From contig OZ024753.1 in the NCBI GenBank assembly GCA_964016885.1, positions 37,324,001 through 37,388,000 on the forward strand: a stretch of DNA of 64,000 nucleotides. The letters are read 5' to 3'. Each line of letters begins with the position of its first letter. Position 1 is the stretch's first letter. A program made the translations under genes and the position numbers. Below, piece after piece: positions 1 through 14,405 of the stretch. This DNA comes from Eledone cirrhosa (taxonomy: Eukaryota). A model generated the notes under the pieces. The model saw only the letters and a list, made by a program, of their open reading frames with translations, did not search any database and was not told the origin of the DNA.

Positions 1-97
1 GGCGGTTTGAGCAGCTTGAAGAGAGGACATTGGGATTAATAAGACGAAGAAACATTGAAATAATTGGAAGAAAACACTTGAAAATCTGATTCTGTAG

Positions 98-1625
98 GTC
101 TGTATGTGTGTGTGTATGTATGTGTGTATCTATGTATGTGTGTGTGTATGTATGCATGTGTGTATGTGTGTATGTATGTGTGTTTGTTTGTGAGTGTATG
201 TGTGTATGTATGTGTGTATGTATGTATGTATGTAAGTGTGTGTGTATGTATGTAAGTGTGTATGTATGTTTGTGTATTTATGTGTGTATGTGTGTGTGTA
301 TGTGTGTATGCATGTATGTGTGTATGTATGCATGTGTGTATGTATGTACGTGTGTATGAATGTTTGTGTATTTATGTGTGTATGTATGCGTTTGTTTGTG
401 TGTGTGTATGTATGTGTGTTTGTTTGTGTGTATGCATGTATGTGTGTATGTATGCATGTGTGTATGTATGTAATTGTGTATGTATGTTTGTGTATTTATG
501 TGTGTAAGTGTGTGTTTGTTTGTGTGTGTGTATGTATATGTGTATGTATGTGTGTTTGTTTGTGTGTATGCATGTATGTGTGTATGTATGCATGTGTGTA
601 TGTATGTAAGTGTGTATGAATGTTTGTGTATTTATGTGTGTATGTATGCGTTTGTTTGTGTGTGTGTATGTATGTGTGTTTGTTTGTGTGTATGCATGTA
701 TGTGTGTATGTATGCATGTGTGTATGTATGTAAGTGTGTATGAATGTTTGTGTATTTATGTGTGTATGTATGTAAGTGTGTATGAATGTTTGTGTATTTA
801 TGTGTGTATGTATGCGTTTGTTTGTGTGTGTGTATGTATGTGTGTTTGTTTGTGTGTATGCATGTATGTGTGTATGTATGCATGTGTGTATGTATGTAAT
901 TGTGTATGTATGTTTGTGTATTTATGTGTGTAAGTGTGTGTTTGTTTGTGTGTGTGTATGTATGTGTGTTTGTTTGTGTGTATGCATGTATGTGTGTATG
1001 TATGCATGTGTGTATGTATGTGTGTATGTATGTTTGTGTATTTATGTGTGTATGTGTGTATGTATGTGTGTTTGTTTGTGTGTATGTATGTATGTCTGTA
1101 TGTATGTATGTATGTATGTATGTATGTATGTGTGTATGTATGTATGTGTGTATGTGTCTACGTATGTATGTATGTGTGTATGTATGAATGTGTGTATGTA
1201 TGTGTGTACGTATGTATGTATGTGTGTATGTATGTATGCATGTGTGTATGTGTGTATGTATGCATGTGTGTATGTATGTAAGTGTGTATGTATGTTTGTG
1301 TATTTATGTGTGTATGTGTGTATGTATGTGTGTTTGTTTGTATGTATGTGTGTATGTGTGTATGTGTGTTTGTAATGATGTATGTATGTTGATAGGTAGG
1401 TAGGTATGTATATGTATATATGTATATATGTATGTGTGTATGTATGTGTATGTATGAATTTATGTATTCATATGTGTATGTGTATATGTATGTATTTATG
1501 TATGTATGTTGGTAGGTATGTATGTGTATGTAGATATATATGTACGTATGTGTGTATGTATGTATGTGTGTGTATGTATGTAAGTATGTAGGTAGGTATG
1601 TATGCATGTATGTGTGTATGTGTTA
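98..1625. repeat. Compound (TG)n/(TGTA)n microsatellite with ~124-bp higher-order repetition
   Basis: Almost only TG/TGTA/TTTG words; the block gaatgtttgtgtatttatgtgtg recurs; artefactual ORFs start 124 bp apart (372/496, 776/900). Confidence 0.9.
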
Positions 1626-1695
1626 GCGTGTGAGTATATGTGTGTTATCATGAAAGTATGTACCTATTCGTGAGTGTTTGTCATTTTGAATGAAT

Positions 1696-1731
<36 letters not shown>

Positions 1732-2462
1732 TATTAACTTCTCTCCATTCTCTGTTATTTTCATTGATTTATTTACTTGGTTAATTCAGGTTCTTAAGCC
1801 TGCGGCTGATATCAAAGACGTGCATGAATACATACATACATATATATATATACATACATACACAGATACATACATACATACATACATACAAACATACATA
1901 CATACATACATACATACATACATACATACATACATACATACATACATACATACATACATACATACACACATACATTCACACATACATACATACATACATA
2001 CATACACACATACATACATACATACATACACACATACATACATACATGTATACATACATACACACACACATACATACATACAGGAAATTACAAGTACAAT
2101 CCATTAACGGAACAGTAAAAATATGTAAAACATTCCAAACATTTTGCATCTAATAACTGCATATACACATGTACAAAGCATATACAAAGCATATACACAT
2201 GCACACATACAACTCAAAACATACACATACACACATACAATAACATCCATATCTACACATGCATGCATGCAAACATGCATACATATCTACCTAGTTGATG
2301 TTGTGTAAATTCCAATGAGAGAGGCTTGTGTCTATGTTAGAAACCGACTCTCTCTCTCTATTGGGAAAAAAATTGGGAAATTATAAAACCAGAACATACA
2401 TACATACATACATACATACATACATACATACATACATACATACATACATACATACATACATA

Positions 2463-3033
2463 CATGGTGGCTGCCAACTCGTTTTCGAGTACGGCCACTA
2501 CTTTATATCCATGTAGGAGAACTCCTACCGATGCGCTGAATGAGTGTGAGTTCTTAGTCCAGCCAACGACTTGAAAACTCTGGTACAAACACTTGTGACA
2601 ATTATTGACACATAGTGCTGGTCCCATGGTACCATGTGACGACAAGTGCAGAGAGATCTCCAGATATAAAGCAATGCCTGTGCCGTGAAGCTTTTATAGT
2701 GAGCAAAGGCTCTGCACAAAGCCAGTCCCATTCTCTTAACCAAGATGATATTTACCAAAAAGAAGAACAAGTCAACATCATTGGATACCATCAGGGTTGC
2801 AGGTGTTATATCAGAGTTTTCCTTCTCCTAGAATTCTGCCTTGACAAAGGCTAAGGGGTCATCTCTCCCGGTGATTTTGGATGGCCATTGACGCTTAAGA
2901 GCTCCTTTGCCCTTTGACAGGTTTTGTTTTTAGTCCTGTAGGATGTCCTAAGTCACCCTCCTCACCAAGAAACCTTGGTGGGGTTACCAGTTTAGTCGCC
3001 AATGACCCGACCATGAGACAGGTTGTACTGGGA
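2463..3033 (-). mobile_element. Non-autonomous, internally deleted RTE-type LINE derivative (5' UTR joined to 3' end)
   Basis: Minus strand has an RTE 5'UTR-like motif ctaggagaaggaaaactctg, then a C-terminal C2H2-like remnant (VCTRVFKSLAGLRTHTHSAH), then a (TATG)n tail; (TACA)n on both sides; close copy at 63301-63733. Confidence 0.65.
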
Positions 3034-3136
3034 TACATACATACATACATACATACATACATACATACATACATACATACATACATACATACATACATAC
3101 ATACATACATACTTTCACACATGCTTACACACATAA

Positions 3137-3388
3137 TGATGGCTGCAACTCGATTTCGAATAATTCCATCGCTCGATAGTTAAAACATGAGCAGCACAGA
3201 CGTGGCTTTTTAGTCCTGCTAAGGACTTGCCTGTGGCCAGCAATACCATGCATCGCAGAAAATGTCATATATCAAGCGATGTCTGTGCTTTAAGCTTTTT
3301 TAAGTGAACATAGAATGCATTTGCATAAAAAGAAGACCCGATCTACATCATTGGATGCAAACCAAGTTGCAGGTTTTACATCACAGTG
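3137..3388 (-). mobile_element. Diverged relative of the 2463-3033 RTE-derived element
   Basis: Colinear motifs: ggctgcaactcgatttcga, aagcgatgtctgtgc..aagcttttta, catcattggat..gttgcaggt. Confidence 0.5.
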
Positions 3389-3463
3389 AACTATATATAT
3401 ATGTATAGGAATTGTGGTAAGGAACCAGATGGACCATAACGCACCAGAATACTCAATACTTAG

Positions 3464-3544
<81 letters not shown>

Positions 3545-3678
3545 AAGTAAAACAATGAACTAACTGTCTACCTTCACCTGGCTTCTATTTTTATTGTTCA
3601 AATACATATGTGTGCATATATATATATATATTCAGAGAGGGAGATAAAGAATGAGAGAGTGTGTGTGTGTGTGTGTGT

Positions 3679-3716
<38 letters not shown>

Positions 3717-4146
3717 CATATATGGAAGTATATAAGTCTCGTTGTGACTTTTTCTCACTCGGATCTTTAGCAAGAAAGCTAACTTTCCAATATGATTCTT
3801 CTCATACAAGGAGTAATGATTCTAAGATAGTATGTTTAGTATTTGCCCTTCTCAAGCAATTAATGGTGTAGCTGTGATGTGATCACGACATAAAATACTC
3901 ACAGCGAGACATGTATATGCTTATTAAACACAGGCATATTTTGTATGTATACGTATACACCTTTATTGTGAAACCTGCTGTGTAAGTATTAATGGTAATA
4001 TACTTATATGCATGCATGCATACATGCCTGCATACACGTACGTACATACATACATACATACATACATACATACGTACATATGTATATATATATGTGTATA
4101 TGTATATATATATGTATATGTATGTATATATATATATGTATATGTA

Positions 4147-4207
<61 letters not shown>

Positions 4208-4318
4208 CACCCATCTCTTCTTTTCTTAAATGACATCACTTCTAAATTTCTATCTCTAATGACATAAACACATTGAGCTTAAATATATTATTAATTGCCT
4301 ATTTTCATAACACTACAC

Positions 4319-4394
<76 letters not shown>

Positions 4395-4667
4395 TGTCGA
4401 GATTTGATATGTAAACAGAGATGTAATTTATATATTTTAATGTATTAAAATGTATTAATATATATATATGTATCTATATACATATATATGTATATATATA
4501 TATATATATATACATATATATACATATACATATATATATTCATATACATATATATATTCATATATATATATTTATATATATATATATTTATATATATATA
4601 GAAAAAAAGATAAAATCGAAAATGCAACTGGAGTCTTATTTTTTTTTAAATATATATATTTATTTTG

Positions 4668-4710
4668 TTCCTTTACCGGTTTCGCAGTTCTTCTGCTTTT
4701 CAAAAGTAGA
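4668..4710 (-). ncRNA. Type I hammerhead ribozyme, U3-A8 core variant (family G)
   Basis: Minus: ctt TTGAAAA gcag-aagaa-ctgc GAAA ccgg TA aag; second copy at 25928-25972. Confidence 0.7.
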
Positions 4711-5031
4711 GTTGAGATGGAGGGTCAGTGGTTTTTCTCACATTTCAAACATATATATATACATATAATGTTTGCTTATTAAAACTAAACTAAGGAAAAT
4801 GTAAAATAAACTTTCAATAAGTTACTTAATATGTCTACCACTGTTATTAATCACGTGAAAACTAACTACGTTTAAGTTAAACAGGAAGTGGACAGAAATA
4901 GAAGTGACATGTCTGGTTAACTGTCAAAGATTGCCGATATGAAGTGAAATTTTAATAGTCTTCTTACGTAACTTAAAACTCATTTTTAAAACCGCCCAGA
5001 TGATCGTTACTTATATAGTAAATGACCGATA

Positions 5032-5085
<54 letters not shown>

Positions 5086-5178
5086 TAAATCTACCAAGAG
5101 TTTACGGTAGTGTCCAATCCGTATGAAGAACTCAATGTATTCCGGATATCATGGAAAGAAGAGATGTAATGAAAAACC

Positions 5179-5321
5179 ATTTCTGAAGACGGCGTATATA
5201 TGTGTTTGGTATGTATATTTAATCTTGATAATTTGTATAATTTTGTATAATTTTGTACATAGATCTGTTGAATATGCATACCAATTCTAACACATATATA
5301 TCCTAGAAACGATCGTTAAAT
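5179..5321 (+). ncRNA. Type I hammerhead ribozyme with ~115-nt stem II hairpin (family F)
   Basis: attt CTGAAGA [tatatatgtgtt/aacacatatata and tggtatgtatattt/gaatatgcatacca pairings] GAAA cgatcg TT aaat. Confidence 0.6.
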
Positions 5322-5372
5322 AATGAACTTTTTTTGTTTAATATAAGAAATTGTTTATTCATTATTTGTTTA

Positions 5373-5438
<66 letters not shown>

Positions 5439-5538
5439 TATTGAAATTTCCGTTGAAAACAGAAAATGTCATAGAAGTGAAGAGTGCTCAATGTAAGTAC
5501 CAGAGCAAAATTTAATGTATAAAAATCAATACAATATA

Positions 5539-5616
5539 ATTACCTCATTACCAGAGGTTTCCCGAATGAGGCGAATACGAAAGAAACGTCTTCTTTCGTT
5601 CGTCAGACGAGGCAAT
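5539..5616 (-). ncRNA. Type I hammerhead ribozyme
   Basis: Minus: attgcctcgt CTGACGA a-cgaa...ttcg-g GAAA cc-tct-gg TA atgaggtaat; 10-bp stem I including G-U pairs. Confidence 0.75.
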
Positions 5617-6299
5617 ATAACACATGGGTAAATACTTGGAAAGTCTCATCAAGAAAAGCAACAAAAAAAAAATATATATATATATATATATAGACAAATG
5701 AATTAGAATATGAAATATATAAAAATCTTTCAAGAAATACAGTTAGGTGTGTGTATATGTATGTGTATACGCTCACAGATGTGCATATATGTGTATGCAC
5801 AAATGTATACGTATAGTGAAAAAGTGTGCGTAAACATATATTTTAGGGCAAATGTATCTGTGTATCTGTAAACTACAGACAGAATAGATACATCATAAGA
5901 ATATGAAGGCACGCTCATAAACACACCTACACACACGTACACTTATATGCGGAAGTAAAAGAGGTAAGGGAGTGTAATAATTAAAGGAAAGTATCAATCT
6001 CGATATATTTATAAAAATGGAACAATAATATATATATATATATATATATTATAAATAACGAGGAATCAGTGATGCATCAAACAACAATTTATTAACATAT
6101 TACATATGTTTCCCCGTCGATCAGCTCGAGGCAGGATCTGTAGCATTCTGTTATTTCGGCCTTTTCATTGGTTCAGAAATCCAGCCGTCACCGCCATCCT
6201 TTTGCCCAGTTATATCCGGCCACTATCTGCGTAACCTGTCAATACCCAAAGCTGGTCACCCACTACTACGTTAGCTCTCTCACAGCATCGATGTATCAC

Positions 6300-6366
<67 letters not shown>

Positions 6367-6417
6367 TATATATATATACACATACATATATATATATACA
6401 CACACATATATATATAT

Positions 6418-6486
<69 letters not shown>

Positions 6487-6546
6487 CATATATATATATA
6501 CACACACATACATACATATATATATACACACACACACACATACATT

Positions 6547-6805
6547 AACAAGAGCTGTATGGGAGCCTCCCAAAAGTCAGCTCAAAAATGACACAGAGGA
6601 GACTGAGGTTAGCTGGACATGCTCACCGACATCCAGAGTTGACACTGGAAGGGGAAGACCAAGGTTAACGTATGTTGATGCCCTAAGGACAGACACTGGT
6701 CTGTTGGAGACGCAAGTCATGGCAGCGATAATGAGGGACAGAGACCGCTGGAGAGAACTCGTCCATGGATCTCGGGAATTTACCCGCCCTAGATAGATAG
6801 ATAGA
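6547..6805 (+). mobile_element. RTE-clade LINE 3' end, 5'-truncated, with (TAGA)n tail
   Basis: Reads [30 protein letters not shown] / [40 protein letters not shown] across a frameshift or deletion; typical RTE ORF C-terminus; second copy 39733-39888. Confidence 0.85.
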
Positions 6806-6814
6806 TACACATAG

Positions 6815-6866
<52 letters not shown>

Positions 6867-7075
6867 ATGTGTATGTATATATATATGTATATATACATAT
6901 ATATACATATATATATACACATATATATACATATATACATATATATACACACACATATATATATATATAGCTCTGTTTCTTGACCGTCGTATCACGTGAT
7001 TGACTCCCCCTCCGCCTTTTGGGATTCTATCTCACATCTTATAGACGTGCTCTTTGAAGCTAATAAAATGAGGTA

Positions 7076-7165
7076 TCCTCTTGATAAGTCGGCAGACCTA
7101 ACAAAAGCTCTATATCTCTATGATGTATTGTTTTTGATTATGCCACGAAACTACGTAGTCGAGGA
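7076..7165 (+). ncRNA. Type I hammerhead ribozyme, U3-A8 core variant, long stem II
   Basis: tcctc TTGATAA gt-c-ggca...tgcc-ac GAAA ctacgtag TC gagga; GUC cleavage triplet; palindromic stem III. Confidence 0.75.
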
Positions 7166-7408
7166 ATCTAGAAACAGTTTAGGTATGATACATCTTATTA
7201 CTAATTATATCTAAATGTTTCTTCTCTCTTCATAATATATATATATATATAGCGTGGAAGATGGACGTTAAACGAAGATGATGATGATATACATATATTA
7301 AAATAACAGATTAAAGTTTAAGCAAAGAATCGCTGCTTTCACCCTTATCGAGCTCTCTTTGTATTTTAGTCTTCACATTTATTATTATTACTATATATAT
7401 ATTTATAC

Positions 7409-7459
<51 letters not shown>

Positions 7460-7732
7460 AGAGTCTGTGTATAAGTGTGAGAGAGAAAGAGAGATACATT
7501 GAGATTCAACAAATGGATTGGTTCGTCTTTTACGATTGTGTATATCTGACCTTTAGGAGGGTCCTCTCTCTCTTTCTCTCTCTATGTGCATAACTGAATG
7601 TAGGGAGATATTTCTACAATAAACATAGGTCAGTATATTTCATGTGTGTAGTCTGAAGGTCATCACCCTCATCCTTTATTATAACAGAAGCCAAATAGTC
7701 CACTACGTGCATGTATTGTGTCTGTCATATGA

Positions 7733-9070
<1,338 letters not shown>

Positions 9071-9125
9071 TACAATAAAGAAATATATTAGTAGTTTAAC
9101 GCTTCGTACAGTAGGGAAAGAGCTT

Positions 9126-9161
9126 TTTTTACGTTTCGGACACTAGTCCTTCATCAGAAGA
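9126..9161 (-). ncRNA. Minimal hammerhead motif (family H), stem I degraded
   Basis: Minus: tctt CTGATGA a ggac-tagt-gtcc GAAA cg TA aaaa; better-paired homologue at 16551-16586. Confidence 0.55.
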
Positions 9162-9315
9162 TAGAATGAGAAATAAAAGATGAAATACAAAGATAACGAA
9201 TGAAAACAGGGAGTAAAGGAATCATAGTTTGAGTGTACGTGTGTATTCAGTCAGCCTTATATATATAATAAAAATCAACTGGATTGTATTTATCAATCTC
9301 GAATTCTGAAAGACA

Positions 9316-9797
9316 AAATTGAATTCGGTGGGATTTGAACTCAGAGGCGAAAAGCGTCTAAACGAATGCAGCAAAGCATTCTATCCGACATTCTAACAAC
9401 ACTGCTAATTCGCGGCCTTCGCCTAAAAACCAACCATGTGTAAAACTATCCATGCATAAATCCAGTTGTTATATTTTATTCCTATACGTGAGGTCCATTA
9501 ATGACTAAAACGAAAAACTAGTAAAATAACCAATAATTATTTTTATATATAATAATAAAAAATTGAATTCGGTGGGATTTGAACTCAGAGGCCAAAGGGT
9601 CTAAACGAATGCAGCAAAGCATTCTATCCGACATTCTAACAACACTGCTAATTCGCGGCCTTCGCCTAAAAACCAACCATGCGTAAAACTATCCATGCAT
9701 AAATCCAGTTGTTATATTTTATTCCTATACGTGAGGTCCATAAATGACTAAAACTAAAAACTACTAAAATAACCAATAATTATCTTTATATATAATA
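9316..9797. repeat. Direct tandem duplication, two ~243-bp units containing a SINE head fragment
   Basis: aaaattgaattcggtgggatttgaactcagaggc...aaccaataattat occurs at ~9316 and ~9559, near identical. Confidence 0.9.
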
Positions 9798-10050
9798 ATT
9801 TTAAAAAATGCTAAAACAAATAGCTACAATAGGTTTGTATGTTTAACCTTTACGTATATGTTACCATAGATATTATATATCTGTATGGGGCATTCTCAGT
9901 AACTATGCAGGTGGCAAAACAACTGTCATTAACTGATGGTGAAGGGGTGAGGAGTGAGGGAGACCACTCCTTATTAAAAACTATCAATTTTCAGAGATGG
10001 AAGTGGGAGGTGGGTGAGTGAGAAATATGATGATAATGATGATAATGATG

Positions 10051-10089
<39 letters not shown>

Positions 10090-10511
10090 TGAAGAAGAAG
10101 AAGAAGAAGAAGAAGAAGGACAACAACAACAGTAAAACCACCAATACAGCAACAACAACAACAAAACAACCAGCTATAGTAACAACAACAAAATCATCAA
10201 CAATAGTAACAACAACAAAACTATAGAGAATATATATGTCTATCATAAAGAGGGACATGATAATGTTGATGCCAGCTGTTACAGAGTTGACAAACCTTGA
10301 AAACATTAAGTTAAAGGTGATACCTGACTACAGTGACTAGATATTGGATCTATGATAGAGATATTGGATCTGTGATAAAGATATTGGATCTGTGATAAAG
10401 ATATATACTACATAACACCATACACATATATATACATTCACGTGTTCCTCTAAAAACCTACATAACCCCACATGCTTACATTCACACACACATATACATA
10501 CACACACACAC

Positions 10512-10571
<60 letters not shown>

Positions 10572-10804
10572 GTGTGTGTATATATATATGTATGTATGTG
10601 TGTGTGTATATATATATGTATGTGTGTGTGTGTTTATATATATGTATGTATGTGTGTGTGTATATATATATGTATGTATGTGTGTGTGTATATATATATG
10701 TATGTATGTGTGTATATATATATGTATGTGTGTGTGTATATATATGTATGTATGTGCGTGTGTATATATATGTATGTATGTGCGTGTGTATATATATGTA
10801 TGTA

Positions 10805-10845
<41 letters not shown>

Positions 10846-10989
10846 GTGTGTGTATATATATATATATATGTATGTGTGTGTATATATATATATATGTATG
10901 TGTGTGTGTATATATATATATGTATGTATGTGTGTGTGTATATATATATATATGTATGTATATGTGTGTGTGAATATATACTTATATAT

Positions 10990-11110
10990 ATAATTGTTTC
11001 TACTTTTGACACAAGGCCAGCAATTATCCCAGTGTATTACTGGTACTTTATTTTATCTACCCCGTAAGTTAACCTCGGTGGGATTTGAACTCAGACCATA
11101 AAGGGCTGTA
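10990..11110 (-). mobile_element. tRNA-derived SINE fragment (same family as 58924-59112)
   Basis: aattgtttctacttttgacacaaggccagcaatt...ctggtactttatttt...ggatttgaactcag. Confidence 0.8.
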
Positions 11111-11126
11111 CTGTTGTGGAATTACT

Positions 11127-11194
<68 letters not shown>

Positions 11195-11692
11195 ATGAAG
11201 GCCCACATCACCAGCAGACCTAGGAGCAACACCCCACCAGGGTGCTCTTGCCGTAATCCTGAAGCTTGCCCCCTTCAACAACAATGCAACACACCAGCTG
11301 TAATCTATGAACCTGTGGTCACTTCCAACCGACCAAACGAACCACAGGAAGTCAAATCCTATGTGGGCATGGCGGAGGGCCGATTCAAGGAGCGTTTCCT
11401 GAACCACCAGTCTACCTTCAGATACCCGGACAGACGTCCATCCACGAAACTCGCGAGCCACGTATGGTCCCTCAAGGACTCAAGTATAGGGTACTCCATT
11501 CAATGGAAAGCCATCATTAAGTCCAAGCCATACGCAAGGGGAAATCCGGCGTGTGGCTTATGTATTGACGAACGAATAACTATCCAAAAGAGATTAAGCA
11601 ATAGTGACTGCCTATACACGAGAAGTGAATTTTTCACACGTTGTCCACACGTCACCAAACATCTATTGCATAACTACAAGGCTCCGGACTGA
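11195..11692 (+). pseudogene. GIY-YIG endonuclease domain of a Penelope-like element (Naiad/Neptune-like), 5'-truncated, no RT
   Basis: CSCRNPEACPLQQQC...VIYE...SYVGMAEGRFKERFLNHQSTF...TKLASHVWSLK...IQW...CGLCIDERITI...LYTRSEFFTRCPH: GIY-YIG VIY/YVG, R..H and Cys-rich motifs; starts directly after (GA)n; hammerhead in the 3' flank. Confidence 0.9.
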
Positions 11693-11882
11693 TTCTTTGT
11701 AATTTTATTTTAAATTTTTTTATTTTATTTTCAACCAAAAAAACTTTCCGGACTTTCCGGACTTTCGCAGTTATCTCCCTTACACCCCCCACCCCCCACC
11801 CCGCACGCAGTCTAGTATTGCCTGTGTGAAGTGACCGAGTTTCTGCGCATGCGCGTTCGTACGGTTGTCCTTCCTGTTTCTA

Positions 11883-11944
11883 TCACCATACACATCCCGA
11901 GCTGAAGATCCGCGAAGATGAAACAATTGTTCTCGGTATGGTGA
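11883..11944 (+). ncRNA. Type I hammerhead ribozyme in the 3' terminal region of the Penelope-like element
   Basis: tcaccata-(cacatc bulge)-ccgag CTGAAGA tccgcgaagat GAAA caattg TT ctcgg-tatggtga. Confidence 0.8.
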
Positions 11945-11964
11945 ACTAACTGTTGTGTAACCAC

Positions 11965-12017
<53 letters not shown>

Positions 12018-12019
<2 letters not shown>

Positions 12020-12100
12020 GGGGTGCCGTCCCCAAATATTTATACATACTTCGATTACCTGTACAGTTGAAGTGTGTATGTATTTTGGGAGGACACCCTG
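12018..12100. mobile_element. Very short Tc1/mariner-type MITE
   Basis: Imperfect inverted ends caggggtgccgtccccaaata / tattttgggaggacaccctg, set in TA repeats. Confidence 0.55.
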
Positions 12101-12232
12101 TATATATATTCATTTTATTAAGGCCTAAATAGTGAGTCGTATTACTCTGGAGTATCACCTGCTTATTAAAGTGAATATTTAAATTCTACTTCGTTATTCA
12201 GTACTCTTTTCTCTCAACCGTCAACTATATAA

Positions 12233-12295
<63 letters not shown>

Positions 12296-13055
12296 AGTAG
12301 TAGTAGTTGTAGTAATAGGTTGGTAAAGATATCCAAGATGTAAAGCAACTCAAGGTCCGAATTGAACTTACAACTCATTGTGTCTTCCAGGAAGACATTT
12401 TATTTCACGTTGCCTTAGTCCACTCAGCTGGCACAATATTAGTTGTAGCTGTAGTTCAAAGATCTAGACTTGTCTGTCACTCACGATGTTAGGTTGAATC
12501 ACATAGAGAAGTACGCTAAGGGTACACGTGACTTTTAAATGTTCAGCTATTTGAACGTTAATTTCAGAAGGTTTGTCCGCTGTTTGAGGGCAATCCAATA
12601 CGAACAACAACAGCAACAACAGAACATCATTGTCGCCTTATAACAACCTAGGAAAGGAAAGATTGTAGTAGAGCAAGTTAGTGGAAGGGGCGATAGGAAA
12701 TTCATATAAATAATAGGGGCCAATGGTAATGATATGATTGGGAAGCACTGTTCTAGAAGAACCTATCAAAAACTATTTCTTGTCAAGATATTTCGAATAA
12801 AGAAGGAGAGACGGGGCAAATTTCATTGTCAGATTTACGGAAAATTTGATGGGAATTTGACCAGAGCGGAACTGAAAATAAGCTTCTGAACCAATTATTC
12901 TGTCAGACCACATCACATCTTTGTCATACGATCAACAGCATTGAGTGCAAATCTCGGGTCCTTGTACCAGCGGGTCAGATTTCTTTTTATTAGTCTTAAT
13001 ATACGTGTATATGTGTGAGCGTGTTGTACGCTTGTGTCTGTATTTCTGTGAGAGT

Positions 13056-13160
<105 letters not shown>

Positions 13161-13825
13161 GCGCGTATACGTGTGTGTCGCTAAGTGTGTGATTATAAAG
13201 GGATATATATGTGTGTGTGTGTGTGTCGATACACAATAAAGAATCTAAATACATGTAAACAAAACTAAATACCTGTCAACAAAATTCTTATTAATACATA
13301 TATATATAGGGAACTGGGGAGGGGGTCAGGGGGACCATGCCCCACACTCAATCATATTTTCTCTCCAAACTACCAAAACACACATTTGTTTATATATGCG
13401 CTACAATTGATGTGCATGTTATGTAGAGACAGATGGGAGAGATGGATATAGATATAGAGAGGGGGAGAGTTTGGTGCTAATTGATATAGAGAGGGGTATT
13501 GAAAGAGAACTCCGTGTAGTAGATATAGAGAGGTAGATTGGAAGAAAGTGCCGTGTAGTGGATATAGAGAGGGGGAGAGTTTGGTGTGTGTATTTATATA
13601 TATATATATATATATATACATCGATTTTTTTAAAATATATATATGCATATATACATATATTCGTATATATATATGTATATATATATATATATATATATAC
13701 ATGCAGAAGTTATATTTAATTCCAACAAACTTAAAGGTTTATAACTGATATAGAGCACTCAACAAATTACTGGAGTAAATATTCAATACATTAATAAATG
13801 GAAACTATATTTATAAAACCATAAT

Positions 13826-13890
13826 TATTTTATTATATATATTTCAAGGGCAACCAAGGCAGTCTTGGTGCGCTTTCATCAGATAAAATA
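13826..13890 (-). ncRNA. Type I hammerhead ribozyme (family C)
   Basis: Reverse complement of 14012-14076. Confidence 0.85.
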
Positions 13891-14011
13891 CAAAATTTGT
13901 TTTTTAAATAGTGACATAGCCATGGAAAACAACAACCTTGACGGTTGAAAATTCGCTGGAATTCGCTGGTTGTTTTCCATGGCTATGTCACTATTTATAA
14001 AACAAATTTTG

Positions 14012-14076
14012 TATTTTATCTGATGAAAGCGCACCAAGACTGCCTTGGTTGCCCTTGAAATATATATAATAAAATA
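14012..14076 (+). ncRNA. Type I hammerhead ribozyme (family C)
   Basis: tattttat CTGATGA aag-cgca-ccaag-actgc-cttgg-ttgc-cctt GAAA tatata TA ataaaata; 8-bp stem I. Confidence 0.85.
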
Positions 14077-14350
14077 ATTATGGTTTTATAAATATAGTTT
14101 CCATTTATTATTATATTGTATATGTATACATATATTCGTGTATATATATATATATATATATATGAATATATATATATATATATAAAATAAAATAAAGTTA
14201 AATAAAAGTCAAATGATTAAAATTTAGCTTCGTTTATGACTCCAGTTCCTCAGTGAAATAACAACCCAACAAGGAACTGGGTATATCAGAGTATTGACAA
14301 TATTATACACCTCAACAACATATGTACTTGTCTCTACCACACTAATTCAA

Positions 14351-14405
14351 ACTGCCTGAAGAGGTCACAGCCAAAGATGGCTGTCACTGAAATATATATA
14401 GCAGT
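14351..14405 (+). ncRNA. Type I hammerhead ribozyme (family E)
   Basis: actgc CTGAAGA ggtc-acagcc-aaagat-ggctgt-cact GAAA tatata TA gcagt; copy at 61161-61215 (-). Confidence 0.85.

Larger units (their letters stand above)
13792..14110. mobile_element. Fold-back PLE terminal fragment: ~142-bp inverted arms, 35-nt spacer, one hammerhead per arm (family C)
   Basis: Arms 13792-13933 and 13969-14110 are reverse complements with one visible mismatch. Confidence 0.85.

Noticed and set aside
4990-5035. CAGATGA followed by a hairpin and GATA
   Set aside because: Stem III and the 3' side of stem I are missing (runs into TA repeat); cannot be called a hammerhead
6090-6145. Minus-strand GAAA catatg TA hammerhead half
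   Set aside because: No convincing CUGANGA with a matching stem I upstream
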